Positions 1 to 10,477 of a stretch of 32,000 bases of DNA are shown here, one piece after another. Each line of letters begins with the position of its first letter. Position 1 is the stretch's first letter. The notes below the pieces were generated by a model that was given only the letters and a program-made list of their open reading frames with translations, was not told the origin of the DNA and did not search any database. This stretch comes from Fidelibacterota bacterium (lineage in GTDB: Bacteria; Fidelibacterota; Marinisomatia; Marinisomatales; TCS55): NCBI GenBank assembly GCA_046861385.1, contig JBHHTW010000013.1:25493-57492 (forward strand), written 5' to 3'. Position numbers and translations under genes: made by a program.

Positions 1-864
1 TAAAATCAGTCCGTTATCTTTTAATTTATCAAACAATGCATATGTGGCCTTAATAATATGTCTTTCCAGAAAAGCATTTGGTTCTTGTACAGCTCCTTTG
101 TTCTGGTCTTTTTTACTTTCTTCCAACTCAAGGGAAGCGAAACTGGCACCGCCAAAACCACTGTTATCTGTGGGTTTTCCAACGAGGACGAGATCATAAC
201 CGTCGGCACTTTTAGGGGCGTAGGAATGAATAATATCCTGTTCTCTGACAATGCCTAAGGTAACCAGCGTGACCAGACAATTTTCGTTATACCCTTTATG
301 GTAGTAAATATCGCCTCCGATATTGGGAATCCCCAAAGGGTTTCCATAGCCCCCGATACCCGCTACGACGCCATCGTGAATCCATTTGGTTTTATTGTTT
401 TTTATTTCACCAAAACGAAATGAATCAGTACAGGCAATGACTTCTGCTCCCATACAGAGGACATCCCGGACATTGCCTCCGACGCCGGTTGCTGCCCCTT
501 CGTAGGGGACGATCTGAGACGGATGGTTGTGGGATTCGTGGCTCATCACCATACACCAGCGATGTCCGTCGTTATCGGTGGTAACAGCGACAACGCCCGC
601 GTCTTCCTTTGCCCCAAGAACGACATCGGGTCCGGCGGTGGTAAAGCGCTTTAAATGGGAACGGCTACTTTTATAACTACAGTGTTCAGAGCCCTGAATT
701 GAAAATAAAATAAGCTCTGCCAACGACGGCGCCCTCCCGAGCATCTCATGTTGAACTTTAAGGGCTTCTTCGACCGTCAGGGGTATATTCAGCTCAGCCA
801 GATTAGATTGAATCTCGGTATCGGCAAGTCCGGTAAAGTCGATTATTTCTTTTGTGAAGGTCAT
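1..864 (-). CDS. purL: Phosphoribosylformylglycinamidine synthase subunit PurL, N-terminal part (3' end lies beyond the window edge)
   Basis: Absent from the ORF track because the frame runs off nt 1. Reverse-strand translation from the ATG (complement of 862-864) reads MTFTKEIIDFTG...GSEHCSYKSS...SHESHNHPSQIVPYEGAATGVGGNVRDV...VVAGIGGYGNPLGIPNIGG. The HNHPS and GAATGVGG motifs are the PurL N-terminal signature, and the frame stays open to nt 1. Confidence 0.85.
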   Translation of the reverse strand, partial: MTFTKEIIDFTGLADTEIQSNLAELNIPLTVEEALKVQHEMLGRAPSLAELILFSIQGSEHCSYKSSRSHLKRFTTAGPDVVLGAKEDAGVVAVTTDNDGHRWCMVMSHESHNHPSQIVPYEGAATGVGGNVRDVLCMGAEVIACTDSFRFGEIKNNKTKWIHDGVVAGIGGYGNPLGIPNIGGDIYYHKGYNENCLVTLVTLGIVREQDIIHSYAPKSADGYDLVLVGKPTDNSGFGGASFASLELEESKKDQNKGAVQEPNAFLERHIIKATYALFDKLKDNGLIL

Positions 865-952
865 TTTATTTGCCGCAAAGGCACAGGGGGCACAGGAAAT
901 TATCTATGGTTATTCCATATAATCCTTTGGGTTCTCTGTGTCTCCGCGGCAT

Positions 953-2284
<1,332 letters not shown>

Positions 2285-2365
2285 TCACGAAAACAGATCA
2301 AATTTGAAAGGTAAGATTACAGAAAAATGAACTGAACTGAAAGTGTGAATCCAAATATATTCAAC

Positions 2366-3829
2366 TTATCTTTCTTTTTGATTGAATTGAACCTGCATTA
2401 AAACAGTAACATTGAGTAATAAACCCCAGATTCCTGCATGGATATTCCAGGGCTTTACCGGGAAAGAGGGTATAAAAAAATTGAGCAGCATAATACCCAA
2501 AGCCAGAGTCGTTCCGGCAATCGCTCCGAAAAAGACCGCATTTCCTTTTAATGATTTAAAATGAAGACCAAGAAAAATGGCCGGTGCAATCTGGCACAGA
2601 AGTTCCAGTTTTATTTCCATGATCCGCCAAATGGTCTGAGGCACAACAATCGCAAGATATACAGCCACTGCCATGATGCCCCAAGATGCGATTTTACCGA
2701 TTTTTGTTAAAGTCCTTTGCGGTGTGTCCGGCTTAAGGCGTGCATATAAATCGTTTGTGACCAAAGATGAAATCGCTAATAAAGCTGAGTCAACAGTGCT
2801 CATAATGGCTGCAATGGCCGCTGAAAGAAATAAAACAATTAATGCATTCATCATGGGCATTTTTTGACTAATATCTTTTAACATCATCATGGTAATCTGC
2901 TCGCTGCCGCTTCGACTTAAACCAGGAAAATGAGCCAATCCTACCCAGCCAACAACCACCATAAATAATGTAGTAAAAAGAGGCATAAATACCATAATTT
3001 GAAACGAACGAATCAATGTGGATTCGTTTTTAGCTGCATAAATTCTCTGAATAGCATGGGGATACACAGAAATTCCAAAAAATGCCAAAAGAATGGTGCT
3101 GAACCATAGTCGTTTTTCGTGCCAGGCGGGTGGAGAAAACGCTCCAGGTTGACGATTTTGAATGATATGGCCAGCTTCAGCGAAACCGCCATACTGAACC
3201 TGAATGGCAAAGAAAATAAAAACAACACCTGCTAATAATAAAACGCCTTGAATGACATCTGTCCAAGCAACACTACGCATTCCTCCAAGCGTTTCATAAA
3301 AGACCATAATAAACGAAAGAAGTATTATTCCTTGGGAAAAGCCGATTTTTCCCCCGGTAGCAGCCTGGACAATGTAACCAATGGCTTTCAGGTTGGTGAG
3401 GATATAATTCCCCAAAGCAATCATAGCGATAATAATAATTAAATAAGTTAACAATGAATGATTAAACCGATAATGGATATAATCCCCAATGGTTATAAAC
3501 TTATTTTTCCTGGACATTCTAAAGAGTTTTGGAGCAAAAATTAAGTAGGCTCCCACAACAGAACTCATGAAAACAACCATAACAATAGATTCATAGCCAC
3601 CCCTGTACGCTTTTCCTGCAAAACCAATTAACGTGTTGCCACTGTACTGCGTAGCGTACAGTGTTAAAAACAATACAGAAAGGCCCATTCCTCGTCCGGC
3701 TAAATAAAAATCAGATAAGGAATTTTCTTTTTGAGCCTTCTTCCCCGCCATACCAACACCAATCAAGGATAATAGATACAGCCCCACAAACCACAGCCCT
3801 CCCTGTCCGATAAGCGGTTCAGGATTCAT
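2366..3829 (-). CDS. Sodium:solute symporter (SSS) family transporter
   Basis: 487 aa and very hydrophobic, with about 12-13 predicted helices. The pattern is SSS-like (GRGMG..., WTDVIQG). It overlaps the upstream small membrane ORF by 4 nt (ATGA). Confidence 0.8.
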   Translation of the reverse strand: MNPEPLIGQGGLWFVGLYLLSLIGVGMAGKKAQKENSLSDFYLAGRGMGLSVLFLTLYATQYSGNTLIGFAGKAYRGGYESIVMVVFMSSVVGAYLIFAPKLFRMSRKNKFITIGDYIHYRFNHSLLTYLIIIIAMIALGNYILTNLKAIGYIVQAATGGKIGFSQGIILLSFIMVFYETLGGMRSVAWTDVIQGVLLLAGVVFIFFAIQVQYGGFAEAGHIIQNRQPGAFSPPAWHEKRLWFSTILLAFFGISVYPHAIQRIYAAKNESTLIRSFQIMVFMPLFTTLFMVVVGWVGLAHFPGLSRSGSEQITMMMLKDISQKMPMMNALIVLFLSAAIAAIMSTVDSALLAISSLVTNDLYARLKPDTPQRTLTKIGKIASWGIMAVAVYLAIVVPQTIWRIMEIKLELLCQIAPAIFLGLHFKSLKGNAVFFGAIAGTTLALGIMLLNFFIPSFPVKPWNIHAGIWGLLLNVTVLMQVQFNQKER

Positions 3830-4023
3830 TTTGATTTTTTAGATTTATGAAAGTGAGTAGTTTGAAATAAATAAGCAATCAATAATGAATATAAAACGGT
3901 TGCTAAAAAAGAATAAAAAGCCCAGGCCGGAAATCCAAAAATTATTTCGGAAGATGAAATCATCCAAGGGACAGTTAAAAACAACATGAGCAATGATAAA
4001 ATCCCAGCTTTTTTTGTAGTCAC
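3826..4023 (-). CDS. Small two-helix membrane protein coupled to the SSS transporter (DUF3311-like accessory subunit)
   Basis: 65 aa with two hydrophobic helices and a basic C-terminus. The start is GTG, and its stop overlaps the transporter ATG (ATGA). Small subunits of this kind commonly precede SSS transporters. Confidence 0.5.
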   Translation of the reverse strand: MTTKKAGILSLLMLFLTVPWMISSSEIIFGFPAWAFYSFLATVLYSLLIAYLFQTTHFHKSKKSK

Positions 4024-4316
4024 AATATTATTCCGGCAGATAGAATTTGTATGAAACCAAAAGTATACTTATAGACCTCCTTTTGTTTAACATTCCCATG
4101 GGTCCTTCGGGAGCCTGCCCCGCAATTAGGGAAGAAAAACAAGAAGAGGGTAAAGGGTTGAAGCAAATCGGATTTCCTTTAAGCTGCTTGTTTTATTTTT
4201 TAAAGTGCCCTATAGTTATATTGATTGCTTTCCAATGGCTATCCATTGATGGTTTGCTATTCAAAACAAAACCAAATTTAAAAGACCTCCCATCGCCTCT
4301 GCCAGAGGAAATGAGG

Positions 4317-5795
4317 TTAACCATAAAACAATTTTGTAAAACCCCGGAATACAGATTGGATAGTTTTATTCAAGGGGTACCACCAGGGTTCTTTTTTCAT
4401 CCCGAACCGATCCAACAATACCGACTGTACCTGACTAAAGGTTTTCAATCCTTCCGGGCCGTGAACCCGGCCAATACCGCTGATGCCCATACCGCCAAAG
4501 GGTAAATCAGGTATAATATAATTGGTAATTACATCATTCACACACACCGAACCGGCACGAATCTTTTTGGCAATAATTTGACCTCGTTTTTTCTTTTTTG
4601 TAAAAATGGATGCACTCAATCCATATCCGGTTGAATTCGCTTTTTCAATAGCTTCCGCCTCATTTTTTACTCGCATGATGCAGATTTCGGGCCCGAAGGT
4701 TTCTTTTGTCATAATGCCGGATCGATCATCATGAACTTCCAACACAGCTGGTTTAATAAAATAACCACCCAGGGCAGATAAATCTTCACCACCGGAAAAA
4801 ACCTCTGCACCACTTGCCACAGCTTTTTTGATCTGTCCCAATACTTTTTCCTGTTGCCGGTTATTTACTAGCGCGCCAATGTCATCAATATCTTTGTCTG
4901 GTCCGGTGGCAAGAGATTCCGTTTTGGTTTTTACCAACTGAATAAATTCATCGGCCACTTTGTCTACTACATAGATTCTTTCGACAGAAATACAAGTTTG
5001 TCCGCAATTGCTAAATCCACCCCACACGGCCGCACCGGCAGCCCGCTCAAGGTTGGCGTCTTCCAAAACAATCATGGGATCTTTTCCGCCCAATTCCAGC
5101 ACAACAGGTTTAAGGTGTTTGCTACAGGCAACCGCAATTTTTTTCCCAATATCCACGCTTCCTGTAAAACAGATCATGTCTGTTTTCGGGCTATTCACTA
5201 ATTCAGCGCCGATGTCTCCCAATCCATATACGGTCTGCAAAACATTTTCAGGAATCCCTGCATCCAGGAAAAGATTGGTCATCAATTCACAGGTAAGGGG
5301 AGTGAATTCAGACGGTTTCAATACGACGGCATTCCCGGCCATCAATGCTTCAACCACTGGCGCGGCAGTCAAAATGAGAGGATAGTTCCAGGGGCTAATA
5401 ACACCCACTACGCCGTGGGGAACATAATTCACGTAGCATTTTTTATTGATTAGAAGACCGGAAGAACGCATTTCTGTTCTCAAATATTCCGGACCATGGC
5501 GACCCACATGACGCATATGTTCTACGGTGGTAAAGACTTCCAGAAAACCATCCCAATGGGTCTTCCCTGTCTCGGCGGCAACAAGTTTTGACAATTCGTC
5601 CATATGTGCCACCAGCATTTTCCTCACCAAACGGATTTTCCTGGCACGTTGGGTTAAGCGTAAACTTGCCCACTCCAAAGCACCTTCTTTTGCCCGGTCA
5701 AACGCGGTTTCTAGATTCTCGCGAGACGTTATTTGAACAGAACCGATGGGCTCTTTGGTGGCAGGGTTGATAGATATAATTTTTCGGTCTTTCAT
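4317..5795 (-). CDS. NAD(P)+-dependent aldehyde dehydrogenase family protein
   Basis: 492 aa. It carries the ALDH motifs LELGGKDP (catalytic Glu) and FSNCGQTCISVERIYV (catalytic Cys), plus FTGSVDIGKKI. It starts 1 nt after the AKR stop. Confidence 0.9.
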   Translation of the reverse strand: MKDRKIISINPATKEPIGSVQITSRENLETAFDRAKEGALEWASLRLTQRARKIRLVRKMLVAHMDELSKLVAAETGKTHWDGFLEVFTTVEHMRHVGRHGPEYLRTEMRSSGLLINKKCYVNYVPHGVVGVISPWNYPLILTAAPVVEALMAGNAVVLKPSEFTPLTCELMTNLFLDAGIPENVLQTVYGLGDIGAELVNSPKTDMICFTGSVDIGKKIAVACSKHLKPVVLELGGKDPMIVLEDANLERAAGAAVWGGFSNCGQTCISVERIYVVDKVADEFIQLVKTKTESLATGPDKDIDDIGALVNNRQQEKVLGQIKKAVASGAEVFSGGEDLSALGGYFIKPAVLEVHDDRSGIMTKETFGPEICIMRVKNEAEAIEKANSTGYGLSASIFTKKKKRGQIIAKKIRAGSVCVNDVITNYIIPDLPFGGMGISGIGRVHGPEGLKTFSQVQSVLLDRFGMKKEPWWYPLNKTIQSVFRGFTKLFYG

Positions 5796-5796
5796 C

Positions 5797-6759
5797 TTAA
5801 TGAATGTATAAGTTTTTTACAAATGTTACATCTTCTTTCTCTAATGGACCACCAAGAGATAGAGCTGTATCCACCTGTTGAACATTGCGTTGACCCAGTA
5901 AAACACAGCTATTTTCTGAATCTGAAATAAGCGCATCAATAACGCCATGCATCACCGGAAAAGGGTGTTCTGAAAACCGGTTTTTGAGCAGGTCGGTATT
6001 TTTTTTGATTCTGTCAATAATAGTCTGATCTTTAAAAGCGTTAATATTTTCCCGAAAGTCACCTGGTTCAAAAGTCTTGGGTGAGGCATATTTCCCTGTT
6101 AATAAACCGTGCATCAGGGGAGAAAAGAAACAGACGCCCAAATTATTCTTTTCTATATATTCTTTTAAACCGCTGGATTTGTATGTATCATCCCAAACAT
6201 TTCGGTAAGGCTGCACAACTTCAGGATTTACGCGATCAATGAATTTCATAATTTTGAATAAATCCCAATCGGATAGTCCAATAAAGCGTGTTTTCCCTTC
6301 TTCTTGAAAACGCCGGATAACGTCCATAGCGTCGTCAAAATATTCGTCATTTCCCCCAAAATTACAATGATGGAGGTAAAGTAAATCCACAGTTTCCGTT
6401 TGTAGAAAATTGAGAGATCTTTCCATATTGCGCCGCATATGATTTGGATCGTACCAGCGATTATCTCCAGCGCGATCCCAACCGACTTTAGTGGCTAAAA
6501 ATATATCATTCCGGGGAACGGCATTCCAAATAGAGCCAATTATTTCTTCAGAACGACCATTCCCATAGACGTCTGCCGTGTCCCAGTGATTAATTCCCCT
6601 TTCCCAGCATTTGATTAAAACCGCTTTGGAATCATCATCAGATTGTCCAGCCCATCCGACAGCCTGTTTGCCGCTGGTATTTGCACCTCCAAAAGACCAG
6701 GTACCCAAACTAATAACAGATACTTTTGCGTTGGTTTTTCCTAAGGTTATCTTGCGCAT
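5797..6759 (-). CDS. Aldo/keto reductase family oxidoreductase
   Basis: 320 aa. AKR catalytic-tetrad context is visible: DTADVYG (Asp/Tyr), LATKVG (Lys) and LYLHHCN (His). Confidence 0.9.
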   Translation of the reverse strand: MRKITLGKTNAKVSVISLGTWSFGGANTSGKQAVGWAGQSDDDSKAVLIKCWERGINHWDTADVYGNGRSEEIIGSIWNAVPRNDIFLATKVGWDRAGDNRWYDPNHMRRNMERSLNFLQTETVDLLYLHHCNFGGNDEYFDDAMDVIRRFQEEGKTRFIGLSDWDLFKIMKFIDRVNPEVVQPYRNVWDDTYKSSGLKEYIEKNNLGVCFFSPLMHGLLTGKYASPKTFEPGDFRENINAFKDQTIIDRIKKNTDLLKNRFSEHPFPVMHGVIDALISDSENSCVLLGQRNVQQVDTALSLGGPLEKEDVTFVKNLYIH

Positions 6760-6982
6760 TTAGCCTCTTTTATTTAAAGACAAGTTAGGCAAACAAGCGG
6801 TAATTTTTAGTAGAATTATTCATAGATATAAGGTAATTGTGATAGATGATTGATGGAAAATGGGAAAAGAACACTGGAGCCAAACCAGAGAAAGACAGGC
6901 TAACAAGTTGGTTTGGCAGGGAATCCAAATCCATATACCTCACAAAAAATTTAGTTTTTTCTGACACAAATAATATTTGAAC

Positions 6983-7306
6983 ATGTTGAAAACCATAGAT
7001 ATTGGACATAAAAACTATCATTTAGATCGTGCATTGTCTGTATTAGAAACAGAGGTGAGCACAGCAATGTTTGAAGGAGAAATTCGCGCATTAAAAATCA
7101 TCCATGGCCACGGAGAAGGCGCTTTGAGGAAAGCAGTTCGGGATTGGTGCGCAGATCAGGAAGGAAGATTCAGAGGTGTCATTTATGGAGAGAATTATGA
7201 TATGTTTCATCGTGAAAGCGTTGATATGCGATCAGCCTGTGGAAACCCCCGGGACTATCACCTTGGAATGAAGAACCGATCGGTTACATATATATGGCTC
7301 TGGTGA
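6983..7306 (+). CDS. Stand-alone Smr (small MutS-related) domain protein
   Basis: ALKIIHGHGEGALRKAVRDW matches the Smr core (IHGkGxGvLr.av..wL). The ORF track starts at TTG 6977, but the ATG at 6983 is the more likely start. Confidence 0.65.
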   Translation: MLKTIDIGHKNYHLDRALSVLETEVSTAMFEGEIRALKIIHGHGEGALRKAVRDWCADQEGRFRGVIYGENYDMFHRESVDMRSACGNPRDYHLGMKNRSVTYIWLW

Positions 7307-7540
7307 ATTGAACTATTTATGATGACTATAAAAATAATAAGTAAGAATACAAATACATGAATAATTTAGTTACCAACTTGGACCCTTTATGAGAAAACAT
7401 ATTTATAAGTACTGGTGCCGTAATAATATTGGACTGGGGTATTATAACGCTGTAAAATTGGTTAAACGAAAATATGTAATTGATGAATATTACATTTTAC
7501 AGACTTAAACTTTATCGTGGTTAGCAATCCAAATATAAAT

Positions 7541-8158
7541 ATGATTCGTACAATAAAATACAAAGCCGGTGAAATAATCCGACAAAAAAACGCTCATGTA
7601 TATATACTACATTTCATTTTTTGTTTATTGATTAGTTGCGCACCGTCAATTAAGGAGCTTTCAGAAACAGATCCTGAAGCTGTTATCAACAGGAAAAACG
7701 AATTACTTGCCGGCAGCTCTGTATCGAAAGAAGTAAAAACGGCGGTGATTAATGCCCATAATAAAATAGGCAATGAGGCATTAAGGCGGGAGGACTTAGA
7801 GGAAGCTGAAAAACAGTTCAATGAATCGTTGTTGTTAGATAATAAAAATAAACAAGCACATTACGGTTTAGCAATGATTAAAGGACTTCGCCGATTCAAG
7901 AAAGGAAGTAAGTCGGCACTATGGGAAGCCATGGAGAATTTTGGAAAAGCGGCCTTTTTTGACCCGGCAAAGGGAGACCCGCACTACTGGATGGGACGCA
8001 CATATGAGAAAAAAGATGATGGAGATTTTGACCTTATAATTGAAGCATATGAAAAAGCATTAGGATTGCCTCTTCCAGACCCCTTGAAACAAGATGCTCA
8101 AAATAGATTAGAATTAGTAAAAAAACACCAAAAAACCTTAGAGGATTTTTGGAACTAG
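7541..8158 (+). CDS. TPR-repeat lipoprotein
   Basis: The internal ATG gives MIRTIKYK...FIFCLLISC|APS with a lipobox (L-I-S-C). TPR-like helices follow (ALRREDLEEAEKQFNESLLLDNKNKQAHYGLA; PHYWMGRTYEKKDDGDFDLIIEAYEKAL). The tracked start at 7517 is GTG. Confidence 0.55.
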   Translation: MIRTIKYKAGEIIRQKNAHVYILHFIFCLLISCAPSIKELSETDPEAVINRKNELLAGSSVSKEVKTAVINAHNKIGNEALRREDLEEAEKQFNESLLLDNKNKQAHYGLAMIKGLRRFKKGSKSALWEAMENFGKAAFFDPAKGDPHYWMGRTYEKKDDGDFDLIIEAYEKALGLPLPDPLKQDAQNRLELVKKHQKTLEDFWN

Positions 8159-8426
8159 TCACAAGAGGAACTTACTTTAGTAGAGAAATTTCTAATAGTA
8201 TAAATTTTATGACGAAACCATTCAATCCTTACATAAGTAATAAAACCAATAAAATTAATCGAATATATAATTCACCAGCATATAGAATTAAATTCAGGGT
8301 TTTATTCTCGGAACTCCCCCCTAAAGTTCATTGAATATTTCTGCTTGACACTTGATAAAAGATGGAAGTAAACTTGTCTGTCCAAGGTAGACATTAGCCT
8401 TTGATATTCTTAACCGAGGTAAGTAA
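8159..8426 (+). promoter_or_regulatory. Putative promoter/leader region of the seven-gene rotor-stator operon
   Basis: A 268-nt AT-rich non-coding spacer precedes the first tightly packed gene. It contains TTGACA at 8345-8350 and a GAGGT Shine-Dalgarno at 8416-8420, 6 nt before the ATG at 8427. No convincing -10 box lies at canonical spacing, so the exact promoter is unresolved. Confidence 0.3.
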
Positions 8427-9587
8427 ATGAATAAAAAATCGCTAATAAGATATGCTATTCTTAGCCTATTTCTTATTTTATGTAATACAATTCTTTTTGC
8501 GAAAGATTATAAAGTAAGCGGAACTTTAGTCGATGCTAATGAAAATAAAATTGGCGGTGCAACCGTTCTGCTTCTCACGCCAGACGGCGTTGAATCTCAG
8601 CGAACCAACACGTCAAAACCGCGTATGGGCATGGGGGGCGGAAGTTTCAAATTTAAAGATGTTCTTCCTGGGGACTACGCCCTGGAAGTAGATGCCGGAG
8701 CCAAAGGATCTATAAATACACCCATAACAGTCACGGATACCGATGTTGAAGATATCGCACTGGTGTTATCCGTCAGCGATTCAAATACTGAAGAAGAATC
8801 CCCCACTAATATCACCAGCGTTGTAACGGTACCGGAAGAGGCGGTTGAATCCGGAAGTTCCCCTGAATATGTGGCGACTGAGATCAGTTTTGAATTGAAA
8901 AAGTTAGGCGCTGAAATCAAACACTTAAACTCTGAATTGGAGGATCTCAAAGCGTTAAGTAAAATGTGGGTAAATCCTCTATCCATTTATTCCAAAGAAA
9001 TTATCCTGCAAAATGGAAGCACCGTTTTCGGAAAAATTGTCTATCAGGACGAAGAAACACTTAAAGTAGAAACATTAGTAGGCTATTTAATCATTGAGAG
9101 AAAAAAGGTGGTTAGAGTAATCGATAATATTGTGTCAGAAGAAACTCAGGAATACGTTCCAGAGCAAATCAGAGACAGTTACTCTCCTCCTCCGATGCCA
9201 AAACTGGCAGAACCCAAGTATACTTCTGCAGATCCGCTTAATCGCAAAGCGGGAAAAAAATATTCTGCAAATTGTGTATTAGTTGGAAACATCAGTGAAA
9301 GCAAAGACAATCAGGGCGCCATCATTTTCACGGGAGAGGTTAAAAATATCGGTGGACGCCGGGCAGATTTTGTAAAGGTTGATTTTGTTTTCCGTAAAAA
9401 CTGGAGCGGTGAGACCAAAACACTTACCACGTTTGTCCGAGGAACTTACCACACTTTTGATTCTGGAATTACAACTGACGCGACGCTTCTTCCGGGCTCA
9501 AACGGGGCATTCGAACTTTTTATCCCCAACGATTTTGGTTCATTTATAGGCTATTCTTATGTCATAGATTGGGAGGAATACCAGTAG
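8427..9587 (+). CDS. Secreted protein: CarboxypepD_reg-like beta-sandwich, coiled coil, small beta domain, Pro-rich linker and C-terminal beta-sandwich
   Basis: Signal peptide MNKKSLIRYAILSLFLILCNTILFA. YKVSGTLVDANENKIGGATVLLLTPDG...GDYALEV is the typical CarboxypepD_reg-like pattern. A heptad-like stretch follows (ELKKLGAEIKHLNSELEDLKAL). This is the first gene of the operon. Confidence 0.6.
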   Translation: MNKKSLIRYAILSLFLILCNTILFAKDYKVSGTLVDANENKIGGATVLLLTPDGVESQRTNTSKPRMGMGGGSFKFKDVLPGDYALEVDAGAKGSINTPITVTDTDVEDIALVLSVSDSNTEEESPTNITSVVTVPEEAVESGSSPEYVATEISFELKKLGAEIKHLNSELEDLKALSKMWVNPLSIYSKEIILQNGSTVFGKIVYQDEETLKVETLVGYLIIERKKVVRVIDNIVSEETQEYVPEQIRDSYSPPPMPKLAEPKYTSADPLNRKAGKKYSANCVLVGNISESKDNQGAIIFTGEVKNIGGRRADFVKVDFVFRKNWSGETKTLTTFVRGTYHTFDSGITTDATLLPGSNGAFELFIPNDFGSFIGYSYVIDWEEYQ

Positions 9588-10477
9588 TGAAGGCACTGCA
9601 AAGTTCACGTTGGCTTTTATATTATATAAGTGCTGGAATTATTTTTTCCACCCCTTTAATTGCTCAACGGCAGACATCATCACTCTCCGAAATATTTTTA
9701 TTGGATCTAGGAATAGTTATTGAGCCTGAAACAGGTTCAGAAACATATTCCCGCCTTATAGAGACCCCGTCTCGAGAAGTAAATTTTAGGATTAAAAAGG
9801 TTCATAGCGGGTCTGTTTATATGGCAGCATCCGATGAATTATTAAGTGCAATTGAACGGATTAATGTTCGTATTTCTGATATGGAGACATCTTTTAAAAA
9901 TGAACTGATGGCGCTAAGGGCTGAAAACAAAGAGTTAAAAACTGTATTAACGAACTATCAATCAATCAATAACGAACCTAAAAAACCCATTATAGTGGCA
10001 GCGCCCGCCCCCCCTTCTCCAGAAAATGACATATTAATTGATCCATTACCCGAAGTGGCCAGTATACATATCGAACCCCTTTCTCCCGATAAATCTTTTA
10101 ATCAGCGGACATACATGGCAGGCGTTTTTGCATATCAGAGGGAAGACTTTGCGTCTGCTTTGAAATATTTTGCGAAGTTACATTTGGAATTAGCATCATT
10201 GGAAACAATTGATAATGTAATGTACTGGACAGCGGATGCGTATCAACAAATCCATAATGATCAAAAAGCGCTTGAAATATTAGACAAATTAATAGAAAAT
10301 CAAAATTCTTATCGTCTTGATGATGCGTTGGTAAAAAAAGGATTGCTGTATAAAAAAATCGGGCAATTAGATTTAGCAATGCAAGCATTCAGCCGGGTGG
10401 TAAAAGAGTATCCCAACAGTGAATATACTCGCTTGGCAAGTCTGGAACTAAAACGAGTGGAGATGGCTTTACAGTGA
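9587..10477 (+). CDS. Periplasmic coiled-coil plus CpoB/YbgF-like TPR protein
   Basis: The likely start is the GTG at 9587, overlapping the upstream TAG, with GGAGGA at 9572-9577 as the SD. The ORF track uses TTG 9569. Features are a signal peptide (LLYYISAGIIFSTPLIAQ), a coiled coil (ISDMETSFKNELMALRAENKELKTVL), a Pro-rich linker and a C-terminal TPR block ending KEYPNSEYTRLASLELKR. That ending resembles the YbgF/CpoB C-terminal domain. Confidence 0.6.
   Translation: MKALQSSRWLLYYISAGIIFSTPLIAQRQTSSLSEIFLLDLGIVIEPETGSETYSRLIETPSREVNFRIKKVHSGSVYMAASDELLSAIERINVRISDMETSFKNELMALRAENKELKTVLTNYQSINNEPKKPIIVAAPAPPSPENDILIDPLPEVASIHIEPLSPDKSFNQRTYMAGVFAYQREDFASALKYFAKLHLELASLETIDNVMYWTADAYQQIHNDQKALEILDKLIENQNSYRLDDALVKKGLLYKKIGQLDLAMQAFSRVVKEYPNSEYTRLASLELKRVEMALQ

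Noticed and set aside
4233-4248. 6-bp inverted repeat CAATGG-ctat-CCATTG in the transporter leader
   Set aside because: It is too short to distinguish from chance and has no second copy or flanking promoter elements. It is mentioned only within the spacer finding.
4047-4505. 152-aa plus-strand ORF in the ALDH/transporter spacer
   Set aside because: Its 3' third runs antisense through the well-supported ALDH gene. The sequence is low-complexity and hydrophobic with no recognisable motif and no RBS. It is most likely a chance ORF across an intergenic region.
6785-7021. 78-aa minus-strand ORF in the divergent AKR/Smr intergenic region
   Set aside because: It overlaps the Smr start and has no motif or RBS. 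The region is better explained as a divergent promoter spacer.
7389-7508. 39-aa ORF (MRKHIYKYWCRNNIGLGYYNAVKLVKRKYVIDEYYILQT) in the AT-rich spacer before the TPR lipoprotein gene
   Set aside because: It has no RBS, the Tyr/Lys/Asn-rich composition is what AT-rich DNA gives by chance, and I recognised no motif. A small protein cannot be excluded, but there is no positive evidence.
8149-8334. 61-aa ORF downstream of the TPR lipoprotein gene
   Set aside because: It overlaps the stop of the upstream gene, has AT-driven Asn/Ile/Lys-rich composition, and lacks an RBS. It was treated as part of the operon's promoter spacer.
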